Positions 19,300-29,400 of a stretch of DNA of 56,429 nt are shown here, in pieces (positions within the stretch are counted from its first letter, which is position 1; every line of letters starts with the position of its first letter). Source of the stretch: a virus (lineage: Duplodnaviria; Caudoviricetes); IMG/VR virus record IMGVR_UViG_3300013020_000002, positions 1 through 56,429 of that record. One strand, given 5' to 3'. Below the pieces are notes generated by a model, which was not told the origin of the DNA, made no database searches, and saw only the letters and a list, made by a program, of their open reading frames with translations. A program made the position numbers and the translations under genes.

Positions 19300-19977
19300 T
19301 TATTTATTAAATCTATTATAAGAATTCTGAGTAATTAAATTATACGAAGCTTTACCAATAAATTGATTTAGATTTTTACTATTTGTATAACTCATTGCAG
19401 ACTTCAAGTAATCAATAAGATTCTCAGTCCACTTTTTTAGGGTATATTCGACCTTTCTATGGCGTATTACACCTTCAGAGGTATTCAGCTTCGATTTATC
19501 TTTACCCATAGCTAATTGGGCTTCTTTTGTACTCATTCCTCTAAAATATTTCTTTATTGGAAATCCTTTAGAAAATAAGTAATTTGCAAATCTTTGAGGT
19601 ATTTTAACACCCCATAAATAATTATCTCCAGCACTTTCTATGGATTTATTTAATAGCGATCCAAGCATTACATAATCACTACCAAGACCAATTGCTTTTA
19701 TAATATCAGCATATTCTTTCATTCCACCATCAGCAATAATTAGTGGTGCTTTAATATCTTTATTTTCTTTCTCGAATTTAACTTTTTCTTTGTGAATTTC
19801 TGATATTAAGGATGCCATAGGATAACCAATGCTGCTAGATTTGGTTGTAAGGCAATTATGTACAACTTTATTCTCATAACCAACACAATATGAATGATTA
19901 TTCTTAACAGTTAAATCATTAACAATAAGATTTTTTTCACCACCATATTTTTCTTTTTTTACTTCTAATAATTTCAT
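19300..19977 (-). CDS. IMPDH/GMP reductase C-half with N-terminal split-intein IntC (41 aa)
   Basis: MKLLEV...NDLTVKNNHSY...VVHN|CLTT, then IIADGG, KAIGLGSDYVMLGS, FRGMST, TSEG, LKSAMSY. Confidence 0.88.
   Translation of the reverse strand: MKLLEVKKEKYGGEKNLIVNDLTVKNNHSYCVGYENKVVHNCLTTKSSSIGYPMASLISEIHKEKVKFEKENKDIKAPLIIADGGMKEYADIIKAIGLGSDYVMLGSLLNKSIESAGDNYLWGVKIPQRFANYLFSKGFPIKKYFRGMSTKEAQLAMGKDKSKLNTSEGVIRHRKVEYTLKKWTENLIDYLKSAMSYTNSKNLNQFIGKASYNLITQNSYNRFNK
19855..19977 (-). mobile_element. Split intein C-fragment (IMPDH/GMPR)
   Basis: Blocks F/G: DLTVKNNHSY...VVHN followed by Cys +1. Confidence 0.88.
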
Positions 19978-20008
19978 ATTTTTATTTTTTTATAAATATT
20001 TTTAGTTG

Positions 20009-20851
20009 TTAAACATTATCTTCCATTGAAACAATTAAATGTTTTTTATCATCCAAATGTTTGGCTGTCACCCAATATCCATATTCCAAATAATTATTAC
20101 TGTTTATTTTATTTCTATCTATTAAATCAACAACAAAAATTTCATGATCTTCCGTACAAATATCACCATTTATATTATATAACTCATCATTATTAATATA
20201 AGATATTTTATTTGTTACTATTTGATATGTACCATCATGTGTTAATACTTCATCGTTTATTTCAATATCTTTAATATATTTATAACCATTAATACACTTA
20301 ATCAAAGTATTATCAACCCAACAACCACCCCCATTGCCAATCCCAACTCTCAGTAAATCAATACATTGAGTTTCTGCTAAACATTTATATGTTTTAGGGT
20401 TAGCGATGTTACCAATCATCAATACCTTATATGGATATTTCTCTTTAAATTTAATTGAATATTCTTTAATAATATCCATGTGTCCATTAGCAATATCAAC
20501 TAAGATATTTTTTGGAAGAAAGAAACTCTCTTTTGATTCACAAATATTTTTAAATTCATCAAGCCCATAAGAAAAAAAATGTTCTTTAATTGTTTTTAAT
20601 AATAACTCATCTCCATCATCAAAATTATTAATAAAATCATTAAATTTAATTGTTCTTGGAAAGACAACTGTATATCCTAGATTAATAAATTTTTCAAAAT
20701 TATCAATATTAACAACAGTATCCATTGGTGCTGTCATTAACGGCAATTTATTATTATAAAAACAATCAACATCTTTTCTTGATGAAATAGATGTTTGCAT
20801 AGATGGTTCTATTAACACATCATCAAAATCAAACTTAATATTTTTTGCCAT
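20009..20851 (-). CDS. IMPDH/GMP reductase N-half with C-terminal split-intein IntN (104 aa); likely ATG at 20851
   Basis: FDFDDVLIEP, TAPMDTV, VDIANGH, IGNIA, RVGIGNGGG|CWVDNTLI...CTEDH. Confidence 0.88.
   Translation of the reverse strand: MAKNIKFDFDDVLIEPSMQTSISSRKDVDCFYNNKLPLMTAPMDTVVNIDNFEKFINLGYTVVFPRTIKFNDFINNFDDGDELLLKTIKEHFFSYGLDEFKNICESKESFFLPKNILVDIANGHMDIIKEYSIKFKEKYPYKVLMIGNIANPKTYKCLAETQCIDLLRVGIGNGGGCWVDNTLIKCINGYKYIKDIEINDEVLTHDGTYQIVTNKISYINNDELYNINGDICTEDHEIFVVDLIDRNKINSNNYLEYGYWVTAKHLDDKKHLIVSMEDNV
20012..20323 (-). mobile_element. Split intein N-fragment (IMPDH/GMPR)
   Basis: Block A CWVDNTLI, IKDIEINDEVLTHDG, block B CTEDHEIFV. Confidence 0.88.
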
Positions 20852-20875
20852 TCTATTGTATTTAGTTTTAAACAA

Positions 20876-21148
20876 TTAATATTCAAAACCAATCTCAAAA
20901 CAAACAGAATTATTATTAAACTCTAAACTGCTAAATCCAACTCCGAAATCATTATCATCAGTATATGATTTTATTAAATCGTAATCAATATCATATATCT
21001 CAATTAATTGTTCATCATTATATATATTTGGATTAACTAATCCATCGTAAAACCATTGAATAGTGTCTGTTTCAGGAATAAAAAATAACTCCCCAAAGAG
21101 ATCGTTTTGAATATTTTTTAATTCATTAAATATATCTTTAATACCCAT
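20876..21148 (-). CDS. Acidic hypothetical protein
   Basis: 90-aa ORF in leftward operon. Confidence 0.6.
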   Translation of the reverse strand: MGIKDIFNELKNIQNDLFGELFFIPETDTIQWFYDGLVNPNIYNDEQLIEIYDIDYDLIKSYTDDNDFGVGFSSLEFNNNSVCFEIGFEY

Positions 21149-21186
21149 ATTTATTATACTTTCTAATAAATATAGTACTTATTTTT

Positions 21187-21483
21187 TTATTCTGTAATTT
21201 CTTTAAATTTATTAATAAATTCACCAATAATTTCATCTAAATCTCCATTTAAAACTTTATATGGTAGTAAATGTTTTTTAGATTTGATAGAATAATAATT
21301 TAATTCGTAATCATAATAACCATCATTATCAGTTACAACTATACTAATCTTATATTCATCGTCATCAATATTAAGAAATTCTGGTATTTTATTAAATTTT
21401 TGAATTTTTTCATCAGAACATTTTTCATTATTCAATAATTGAATAAAATCTTCTTTGCTTAAAAATTTTGGTAATACTCTCAT
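21187..21483 (-). CDS. Hypothetical protein
   Basis: 98-aa ORF in operon. Confidence 0.6.
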   Translation of the reverse strand: MRVLPKFLSKEDFIQLLNNEKCSDEKIQKFNKIPEFLNIDDDEYKISIVVTDNDGYYDYELNYYSIKSKKHLLPYKVLNGDLDEIIGEFINKFKEITE

Positions 21484-21485
21484 AA

Positions 21486-21803
21486 TTATTTATTTTTTTT
21501 ATGTTTAATATATGCACTCATCATAATGGAATAATTAGCTAAATCTAGCAAAGTGTCTTCTATTTTTTCATCTTCAACTTCAAAAACACCTTGTTCAATA
21601 AAACTATTAATTCTATTATATTTATCAAGCATTCTCACTAAAAACCCTTTTTCTGTTGATGTTACGTTTAATCTTTCAGTTGACTCATAATTAAAAAAAG
21701 GATTATCATTGTTACCAGAATAATCTTTATTTTTTTTACGTGTTAAATCAACCAAATAATCACAACAGTTTTTGTGATAATCTAAAAATTCATCTTTATT
21801 CAT
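21486..21803 (-). CDS. DUF1599-like / nucleotide-modification-associated all-alpha domain protein
   Basis: KKNKDYS...NPFFN...RMLDKYNRI...IEDTLLDLANYS. Confidence 0.7.
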   Translation of the reverse strand: MNKDEFLDYHKNCCDYLVDLTRKKNKDYSGNNDNPFFNYESTERLNVTSTEKGFLVRMLDKYNRINSFIEQGVFEVEDEKIEDTLLDLANYSIMMSAYIKHKKNK

Positions 21804-22179
21804 TATAATCTGCTTTAATATTGTTATAATTTTCTTTAATTTTATTCACAATATCTTTGAACTTTGCATGAGTGGCAAATTCATGATTTACTTTAACATC
21901 ACCTAAATTCAGTTCATCAATAATCTTTTTTGATGTTGTATCCAAAATATATTTTTCATATTGTTGTAACAACCCATCATTAGAATTATTATCAATTTTA
22001 TTCTTCAAATTATTGAATAATAATGATTCAAAGTTTCTTTTTTCAAGATAACTGATGTTTAATGCTTCACTTACATATTCACACATTCGTTTTATAAACT
22101 CCTGTTCAATGTTGTTATTAGACATTTCACAAGGTATATCGTTTATATCTTCTCCATAAATTTTTCTCATAATTTTCAA
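21796..22179 (-). CDS. Hypothetical protein
   Basis: 127-aa ORF in operon. Confidence 0.6.
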   Translation of the reverse strand: MKIMRKIYGEDINDIPCEMSNNNIEQEFIKRMCEYVSEALNISYLEKRNFESLLFNNLKNKIDNNSNDGLLQQYEKYILDTTSKKIIDELNLGDVKVNHEFATHAKFKDIVNKIKENYNNIKADYNE

Positions 22180-22186
22180 CTTTTAA

Positions 22187-22537
22187 TTAATATTTATATT
22201 TAAGAAATTCAATAGGTATATTATATTTTAAGGCTTCTGCTTTTTCATCTTGACAACCTTTACTATCATCAATTAAGTTTAAACCATCATCACCAATAAC
22301 AATAAATATCACTTTACTACATAATCTTAATATTGGTAAATCTTTACTCATCCAAAATTCGTGATCAGATCTTAATTCCGGTGTTAAATAATCTGCTATG
22401 GGGTGTGAATGGCTTACCGGACTAAGTACCACATAACCTTGTTTCATTAATTCAGCACCCACCTTATTTGCTACATGGAATGATTCTTCTGGGTTAAACG
22501 AATACGGTATCGCTAAATATATTATTTCTTTATTCAT
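22187..22537 (-). CDS. DUF1937-like (nucleoside 2-deoxyribosyltransferase fold) protein
   Basis: IYLAIPYS...SPVSHSHP...WM..D...SKGCQDE. Confidence 0.72.
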   Translation of the reverse strand: MNKEIIYLAIPYSFNPEESFHVANKVGAELMKQGYVVLSPVSHSHPIADYLTPELRSDHEFWMSKDLPILRLCSKVIFIVIGDDGLNLIDDSKGCQDEKAEALKYNIPIEFLKYKY

Positions 22538-23271
22538 ACTTTTTTTATTTTATTTTTTATGTTTTCTAAAACTTTATGTTCGGATAAATAAAACAAATTT
22601 GTTGTTCCTTTCATTTTTTTTAATCCAGATGATTTAGCTAAATCAAACAATTTATAATTTTGTAATTCTAAATCATCATATTTATTTACTAAATCATCCA
22701 ATTTAAAATATTCATTTGCACTGACTTGTTTTACATTTATTTTATTAAATTCTGTTTTAATTACAATTTGTTTAAATGCACGATAAAAGAAGAATAGATT
22801 TTTTAATTCTTGTAATGGTTTTACAAGAAAGATTATTAATACTCTATCACTATATAATGTTCTATAAATATGTTCCACTAATTCAGGTAATATTTTCTTA
22901 CCTCTATATTCATCCTTTAGAATTGGATTTGTCACATATAGTATTCTATCATATTTTTCATAAACCTGATCTTTATTAGAATTTAATAACTCATAAAATT
23001 CTTTATAAACCTCTAAATCACCTTCAAATTTATTTAATATTTCATATTCAAGTAAACCGCTTAAACGAATGTTTAATTCCAATATATTAAATTGTCCCAA
23101 TATTTCTAACGGTTTCTTTTCTTTATCCCAATTTATAACAATATTTGATTCATAATTAGTAATAAATTTATCAATACCTTGAATTTCCGGTTCAATTTTA
23201 TTTTTTGAAAATTCTGTATTAATAAAGATCAACCTATCTAAAAATTCTTTTTCCTCACTACTTATACTCAT
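22534..23271 (-). CDS. Hypothetical protein (weak GNAT-like EYRGKKI motif)
   Basis: 245-aa ORF; ILKDEYRGKKILPELV. Confidence 0.55.
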   Translation of the reverse strand: MSISSEEKEFLDRLIFINTEFSKNKIEPEIQGIDKFITNYESNIVINWDKEKKPLEILGQFNILELNIRLSGLLEYEILNKFEGDLEVYKEFYELLNSNKDQVYEKYDRILYVTNPILKDEYRGKKILPELVEHIYRTLYSDRVLIIFLVKPLQELKNLFFFYRAFKQIVIKTEFNKINVKQVSANEYFKLDDLVNKYDDLELQNYKLFDLAKSSGLKKMKGTTNLFYLSEHKVLENIKNKIKKV

Positions 23272-23744
23272 TAATAAACCTTTTCAATATACAATACAAT
23301 CATAAAATATATAAAAGAAATATATTCCATAAATAATGTTTTATTTTTCACTTTAAATAAATACAATAAAATTGCAACAGACATTATTAAAATACTATTA
23401 TAAACATAATCATATTCAAAAATCATAGAAGCAAAACCTAATAATGTTCCAATTATAGCTGTTGTTGAATGAACCTCATCTTCTAAACTATGTTCATCTT
23501 TTTCAAAATCTGGTGATGCTCCTACAAAACACAGTATTGCACCAGATAAAAACATTAAAGGTGTGCTACTAATAATCATTAATGGTATACAAGTAAACCA
23601 TATAAATAATGCGAACAAGATTTTGTTGTTATGTTTATAATAACTATCAGATATGCTTGGTAAAAACCCATATTTTATTGAAATGATTATATTGTATATC
23701 CCAAAAACAAATACAGATAAAAAAAATAATATGTTATTTCCCAT
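23271..23744 (-). CDS. Multi-pass membrane protein
   Basis: Several hydrophobic helices; PSISDSYY, VHS. Confidence 0.7.
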   Translation of the reverse strand: MGNNILFFLSVFVFGIYNIIISIKYGFLPSISDSYYKHNNKILFALFIWFTCIPLMIISSTPLMFLSGAILCFVGASPDFEKDEHSLEDEVHSTTAIIGTLLGFASMIFEYDYVYNSILIMSVAILLYLFKVKNKTLFMEYISFIYFMIVLYIEKVY

Positions 23745-23746
23745 TA

Positions 23747-24097
23747 TTATATAAATATTTTAACTTTAAATAAATTTTCTAATTCTTTAAACGGTGCTTC
23801 ATATTCTGTCGTATCAGTTTCAACATTATCTTTAACATTGTAAACTTCTAATTCAATAACATCCATATGATAATCAGTAATCGATTTCATTATTTCAGCT
23901 TTACTTCTTTTACTTATTGAAGTTATAACAGTATATATAGCCCTGAGATAACCCGGCCTTAAATCTGGATGGGATACGATTCTTAATGAACCGTAACTTT
24001 TATCATTATTTTTAGATTTTAGTATCCATCGTGCATCAACATCATTTTCTGTTAAAAAATCATCGTATCTCTCCCAATATAAATCTTCTGTATTCAT
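23747..24097 (-). CDS. Hypothetical protein
   Basis: 116-aa ORF in operon. Confidence 0.6.
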   Translation of the reverse strand: MNTEDLYWERYDDFLTENDVDARWILKSKNNDKSYGSLRIVSHPDLRPGYLRAIYTVITSISKRSKAEIMKSITDYHMDVIELEVYNVKDNVETDTTEYEAPFKELENLFKVKIFI

Positions 24098-24105
24098 AAA
24101 TTAAA

Positions 24106-24708
24106 TTATATTAATGTTACAATATATTTTTTTATATCTTCAAAACCTTTGAAGTACTGGTAATATTTTTTATAAATATCTCCTTTATTATCAACCACAA
24201 ATTTGGTTGTTTTTTTTGATAAAAACAATAAGATTTTTTCTTTTTCGAAAGAAAAAAAATCCATAATATCTAAATTGATACCAAAAATATTTTCATCTTT
24301 TAATAGATAAACCATTTCGTTATGATTATATATTTTATCTATTGTATTTGGAATTAATTTAAATAAATCATCAATAGTATTGATTGAATTAAAAATAGGA
24401 TCAATAAAATTATAATTATAATAATGTTTGAAGTATCTAAATGGAACTAATTTAGAGAATAATTGTAATCCGTTAACGTGGTCATGTTTATTTTCATCAA
24501 ATTCAAATTCCCAATATAATAAATCTTCTTTAATAGTTTTATTTAATATTGAAGATTCAATATTTTGTTCTTTAACATTATTCCAACCAACAATTAAAGT
24601 TGGTAAATCATAATTTATCTGATCAAAATTATTTGAATAATTTATATAATCAAATTTTTTATGGTTCACCAACTCATTTGTATGTATAATATTACCAATC
24701 TTTTTCAA
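24106..24708 (-). CDS. Hypothetical protein
   Basis: 200-aa ORF (TTG start), LPTLIVGW. Confidence 0.6.
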   Translation of the reverse strand: MKKIGNIIHTNELVNHKKFDYINYSNNFDQINYDLPTLIVGWNNVKEQNIESSILNKTIKEDLLYWEFEFDENKHDHVNGLQLFSKLVPFRYFKHYYNYNFIDPIFNSINTIDDLFKLIPNTIDKIYNHNEMVYLLKDENIFGINLDIMDFFSFEKEKILLFLSKKTTKFVVDNKGDIYKKYYQYFKGFEDIKKYIVTLI

Positions 24709-24713
24709 AAATA

Positions 24714-24887
24714 CTATTTTAAAATTTTACAATATTTTTTTTCTACTTTAACATTATAGCTACCACCCATAAACACCCATAAACCAATATAATAATTATC
24801 TTTCACCTCTTCTAAATAGAAACGACTACCTTCTGGCATATCATCTGTATCCTCAATAACCTCTACTAAAATATCACTATTATTCAT
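24714..24887 (-). CDS. Small hypothetical protein (57 aa, not in ORF track)
   Basis: MNNSDILVEVIEDTDDMPEGSRFY...YCKILK fills the operon gap. Confidence 0.55.
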   Translation of the reverse strand: MNNSDILVEVIEDTDDMPEGSRFYLEEVKDNYYIGLWVFMGGSYNVKVEKKYCKILK

Positions 24888-24890
24888 ATT

Positions 24891-25136
24891 TTACTTGTTT
24901 TTGATTAAAAATATTGTATCGTTTTTAAACGAACTCAATTCATAAGATATATATTCAATATTCTTAATTTCTGATTTTGTTGAAATTTTTCCATCAAAAT
25001 CAGAATAAAGGATACCATCCTCTGTTTCAACTTTAACTCCAGTTAATAACTCTTTTGATTCAATATCGATGATTACATATTCTTTTTCATTACTGGAAAA
25101 AATTAAAAAGAATAAAAAGATTAAAATAAATTTCAT
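24891..25136 (-). CDS. Small secreted CarboxypepD_reg-like (SusC N-terminal extension-like) protein
   Basis: Signal peptide + IIDIESKELLTGVKV...YSDFDGKI...YISYE pattern. Confidence 0.55.
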   Translation of the reverse strand: MKFILIFLFFLIFSSNEKEYVIIDIESKELLTGVKVETEDGILYSDFDGKISTKSEIKNIEYISYELSSFKNDTIFLIKNK

Positions 25137-25175
25137 AACATTCAGCTTTATCTATAAAGAGAATGTTATGAAATT
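25129..25175. promoter_or_regulatory. Long inverted repeat covering the start codon of 24891..25136
   Basis: Perfect 15-bp arms aatttcataacattc / gaatgttatgaaatt plus inner ctttat/ataaag. Confidence 0.6.
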
Positions 25176-25204
25176 AAAGATGTTATCTAAACATTAACAA
25201 ATAT

Positions 25205-25684
25205 TTAAATAATCTCACCATATTTTTCAAAATTAAAATCTTTAATTAATTTTGAAAAATTATCATACATTTTATCAATTACTTTGACACCTACTGATCT
25301 CTCTCTTTCTGAATCTCTTTTTAACAATTCTTCTTTATCAACATCGAATATTTTAAATTTAATATTTAAAGATTCAACACCACTCAAGTTAACCAATGAA
25401 TCCATCATTTTAACCAACCTCTTTTTATCTAAATTGGTTTCATCAATAATAACATCAAAATCAGAAAATAATAGTCTCTGAATGTCTGATTCAACGTTTA
25501 TAGTGATAATATTTTCCAACTTATTTCTTATATCATCATTAAACCAACCAACATCCTTAAACATATATCTATAATCATCACGACAAACTCTAACAAAATT
25601 ATTATTTTTCTTTACAAATTCTTTACTCCAAGTTGATTTACCTGATGCAGGTACTCCAACACAAAAAATAACTTTTCTTTCCAT
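25205..25684 (-). CDS. Polynucleotide kinase-like P-loop kinase (PseT N-terminal/AAA_33)
   Basis: GVPASGKSTW, RDDYR, IIDETNL, RDSERERSVG. Confidence 0.82.
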   Translation of the reverse strand: MERKVIFCVGVPASGKSTWSKEFVKKNNNFVRVCRDDYRYMFKDVGWFNDDIRNKLENIITINVESDIQRLLFSDFDVIIDETNLDKKRLVKMMDSLVNLSGVESLNIKFKIFDVDKEELLKRDSERERSVGVKVIDKMYDNFSKLIKDFNFEKYGEII

Positions 25685-25685
25685 A

Positions 25686-26339
25686 TTATCTATTTTTTAA
25701 AATTTCTAAAATTTCATTATAATTAAATGGTTTATACACTCCAAATAATCTAAAAGCATTATCAATACCAACATCAAGTCTATTTTTTTTAACATATTTC
25801 TCACCATGAATATCACCATGAAGCATTATACTACCTTTACCCATTTCATTCCAACTTTCAATTGGATAATGCATCATACAAATTTTCTGTTTACCAATCA
25901 TTATTTCTAAATAATTCTGAACAGAAGTAAACACATCTTGTGCATTAGCTTTTGCAATAGTATTATCATAATAATCAACGCAAGATCCACTATCAAGACT
26001 CCTATGACAATTAGGTAATTCTTTATTATTAATTATATGATGATCATGATTACCATTTATTTGGTAGATTGTTTTAACATTTAATTGTTTTCTAAAATTC
26101 CATATATTTTGAATTCCACCAAAACTCCAATCTCCAAGGTTAAATAATATATCATCTTCTTTAACATAACTATTTATTTGTTCAACAATATGTTTGGACA
26201 TCTCTGATGTTTTATCAAAGAATCTACAGTTGATGTCTTTATTATCCCAAACAGATTCACCATAGGTAATATTTTTATGCCAATAATGTGGATCTGACAT
26301 AAACCATATTTTTTCTCCTATTTCTTTTTTAAATTTCAT
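25686..26339 (-). CDS. Calcineurin-like metallophosphoesterase
   Basis: SDPHYWH, LGD, GNHD, MHYP, HGDIH, DVGID. Confidence 0.85.
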   Translation of the reverse strand: MKFKKEIGEKIWFMSDPHYWHKNITYGESVWDNKDINCRFFDKTSEMSKHIVEQINSYVKEDDILFNLGDWSFGGIQNIWNFRKQLNVKTIYQINGNHDHHIINNKELPNCHRSLDSGSCVDYYDNTIAKANAQDVFTSVQNYLEIMIGKQKICMMHYPIESWNEMGKGSIMLHGDIHGEKYVKKNRLDVGIDNAFRLFGVYKPFNYNEILEILKNR

Positions 26340-26360
26340 TTATTTATTATTTAGTTTATG

Positions 26361-26392
26361 CAAACTTACAATAAAAAACCCGAATAAGCAAA
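26361..26392 (-). promoter_or_regulatory. Bacteroidota-type promoter overlapping the nrdJ terminator
   Basis: Minus strand TTTG-N20-TAAGTTTG. Confidence 0.62.
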
Positions 26393-26409
26393 TGTTATTC
26401 GGGTTTTTT
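26374..26409 (-). terminator. Intrinsic terminator after nrdJ
   Basis: aaaaacccgaataa-gcaaatg-ttattcgggtttttt. Confidence 0.78.
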
Positions 26410-26425
26410 ATTGTAATTATTAAAA

Positions 26426-29400
26426 TTAAGAGCATTTACTCCAGCCACAATTTTGGCAAATTAAACAGCCTTCTTGAAAAGCAAAATCATCAGCACCACA
26501 ATTAAGACATTGACCTTTGGTTTTTTCTCCGTCTTTAATATACTTTTTAATTGCTCGAACAACACCATTTTTCCAAGTATTTATATTCTCTTCTCTAAAA
26601 CTTAAAGATTCAATGAGTTTGTAGGCACTAACAGTAGGCATACCATGTCTTAGTATTCCTGATATTAATTTAGCATAATTCCAAAATTCAGGGTTAAATT
26701 TAAAATTAAGACCTTCATAGACATGTTTTTCACCACTACCATCAACATACTCCATATCATATCTTTTAAATTTACCACCATTTTCGTTTGAAATTATTTT
26801 CTGAACAATCTCACAATCTTTTACAGATACAGGAAGATTTTTCAATCCATTTTCCAATTTACCAGTAAACAATTCATATGGTTTTCCTTCATATATACCA
26901 ATAACAGCAATCCATTTTTCATAGTTATTATTAAATCTATGAATTTCACCTTTTAATCTTTTTGGTCTTTTTGGTGCATCATTAACGATAACTGTTTGTT
27001 TTTCTTCCTTTTTATCATTACTAATAAGAACACCACTACGACTACCATCACGATAAACAGTTATACCTTTACAACCACTTCTCCAACCTGTTTCATAAAC
27101 TTTGGAAACTGTTTCTTCAGTTACATCACTAGGTAAATTAACAGTTACAGATATTGAATGATCTATATGTTGTTGAATTCTACCTTGCATTTCCACTTTT
27201 TTGACCCAATCAACATCATTCGAAGTCGCTTTGTAATATGGTGATTTTTGAACGACCATATCTAATTCTTCTTGAGTATATTTTTCAACCTCATCAACAT
27301 TATAACCGTTTACTTCTAACCAAGTTTTAAATTTATGATGAAATACTGTATATTCAACCCATCCTTGACCTTCATCATCAACAAAATCAACTTTAACATT
27401 TTTTTCTTGGGTGTTGATTTTTCTACGTCTTTTATATACTGGTAAAAAAACTGGTTCAATACCAGATGTTGTTTGAGACATTATTGATGTGGTTCCAACA
27501 GGTGCAATTGTTAATAATGCTATGTTTCTACGACCATACTTAACCATATCCTCATAAAGTTGAGGATCAACATCTTTAATACGTTGAATAAATGGGTTAC
27601 CAATTTCACGTTCAGAATCATAAATAGGGAATGCTCCACGTTCTTTTGCTAATTCAACTGATGAACGATAAGCTTCAATTTTTAATTTTTCGTGTACACT
27701 CTCACTAAAATCAGTGGCCTTATCTGTTCCATAGATGAATCCTAGTGATGCTAACATATCGCCCTCAGCAGTTATACCCAAACCAGTTCTACGTCCTAAA
27801 ATAGCCTTTTCTTTAATTTTTTCCCATAAATTTCTTTCATACATCTTAATAAATTCATCTTCTGGATCAGAATCAATCTTTTCAATGATTTTATCAATTT
27901 TTTCAATCTCTAAATCAATAATATTATCCATATATCTTTGGGCAGTTCTAACATCAGATGTAAATAAATCCCAATTGAAATAAGCATCTTTGGTAAATGG
28001 GTTTACAACATAACCATATAAGTTAACAACTAATAGCCTACAGCTATCATATGGACAAAGGGTGATTTCTCCACAATTCGCAGTTACTACACCATTAAAA
28101 CAACCTCTACCTCTTTTAGGATCTGTAAAACAATAGACTTTATCAGCATTTTCGATTCTTTCAATTGATTTAACTGTGATAAATCGACTTGCATCTCTAT
28201 TAGGATTAATATCATCAATCTTTACTCGATGTGTTCTTAATCCTAAATTATATAATTTTTTTACATTTGATGCATTGATGATTAATCTATAAGATTTATT
28301 TGTATTATATTCAATACCTTTAATTTCTTTTAAACCACCTTCTTTTTCATCGATAACACTACCATTAACACCAAGTGTATTTAACACATTTAGTTTAATT
28401 TTCAATAGAAAATCTCTATCAATAGAGGATATAGATATTGAACCTTCTGATGAATTTCTTGAACCATCAGAATCAATAATTCCAGCTAACCAATATAATG
28501 TTTTCTGCAATGTTGAATCATCGAATTTAGGTACATATTTTTTATATTCTTCATTATTTATTGATAATAATATTTGTGAAAAGTCTGCTCTAATTGTTGT
28601 TCTATCAACTTCTTCATTATTTGATGGATTATTAGTATAATTAAAATATTCTAACAATTCACGTTTTTCACCATATAGATGAATCATATGTTCTTTTTTT
28701 CTGTGTAATGTACCATCACCAGCATAGAAACCTAAAGTATACCAACTTTTTTCGTTAATAAAATTATTAGATCTTGCAAAATCCATATCGAAGTTATTAG
28801 AATCCAATTTAAAACTTTCACCAATTTGGTAATCTAAAACAGGAAAATCATATTTTTCAAGTTTATCACCAACATTTAAATCTTTGGCTTCTTTTTTCAC
28901 AACATTACCATCACGACTATAACCTTCCCATGTATAAAATCCATGATAATCAGTGCATTTTAATTCAGAACCATCTGAGAATGCTATTTTCAACATGGGT
29001 TGATCTTCACCAGTAATCATTGGTTCTACTTCTGAGAATTCTTTACCATTCCAAACATTTACTTTGGAACCAACAAGACCACCTATTTCTTTATAACCTT
29101 TATCTGTTAAAATTGGAGTATCATAACTAACACACGGATTAGTCGATTTAGTTTCAAATCCTAGGTCAGCATAACAATCAGGAATACTTTCACTTAAAAC
29201 TTTATCCCAAAACAATATTCCGGGTTCAGCAGATTTCCAAGCATTGTGAATAATTTTTTTCCATATTTTTTCAGCATCCACTTTTCTAATGAAACCTAAT
29301 ACATCATTATTATCATCCTTTATTTGTATATTTTCATTATATTTTAAATCTTGAATATTATAATTAAAAGACGATTTAATTGGAAATTTTTGAACGTAAT

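Noticed and set aside
19978-20011. Frameshifted pseudogene or sequencing error in IMPDH/GMPR
   Set aside because: The break falls at the canonical intein split point, the C-half has its own ATG and A-rich leader, and all enzyme motifs are intact
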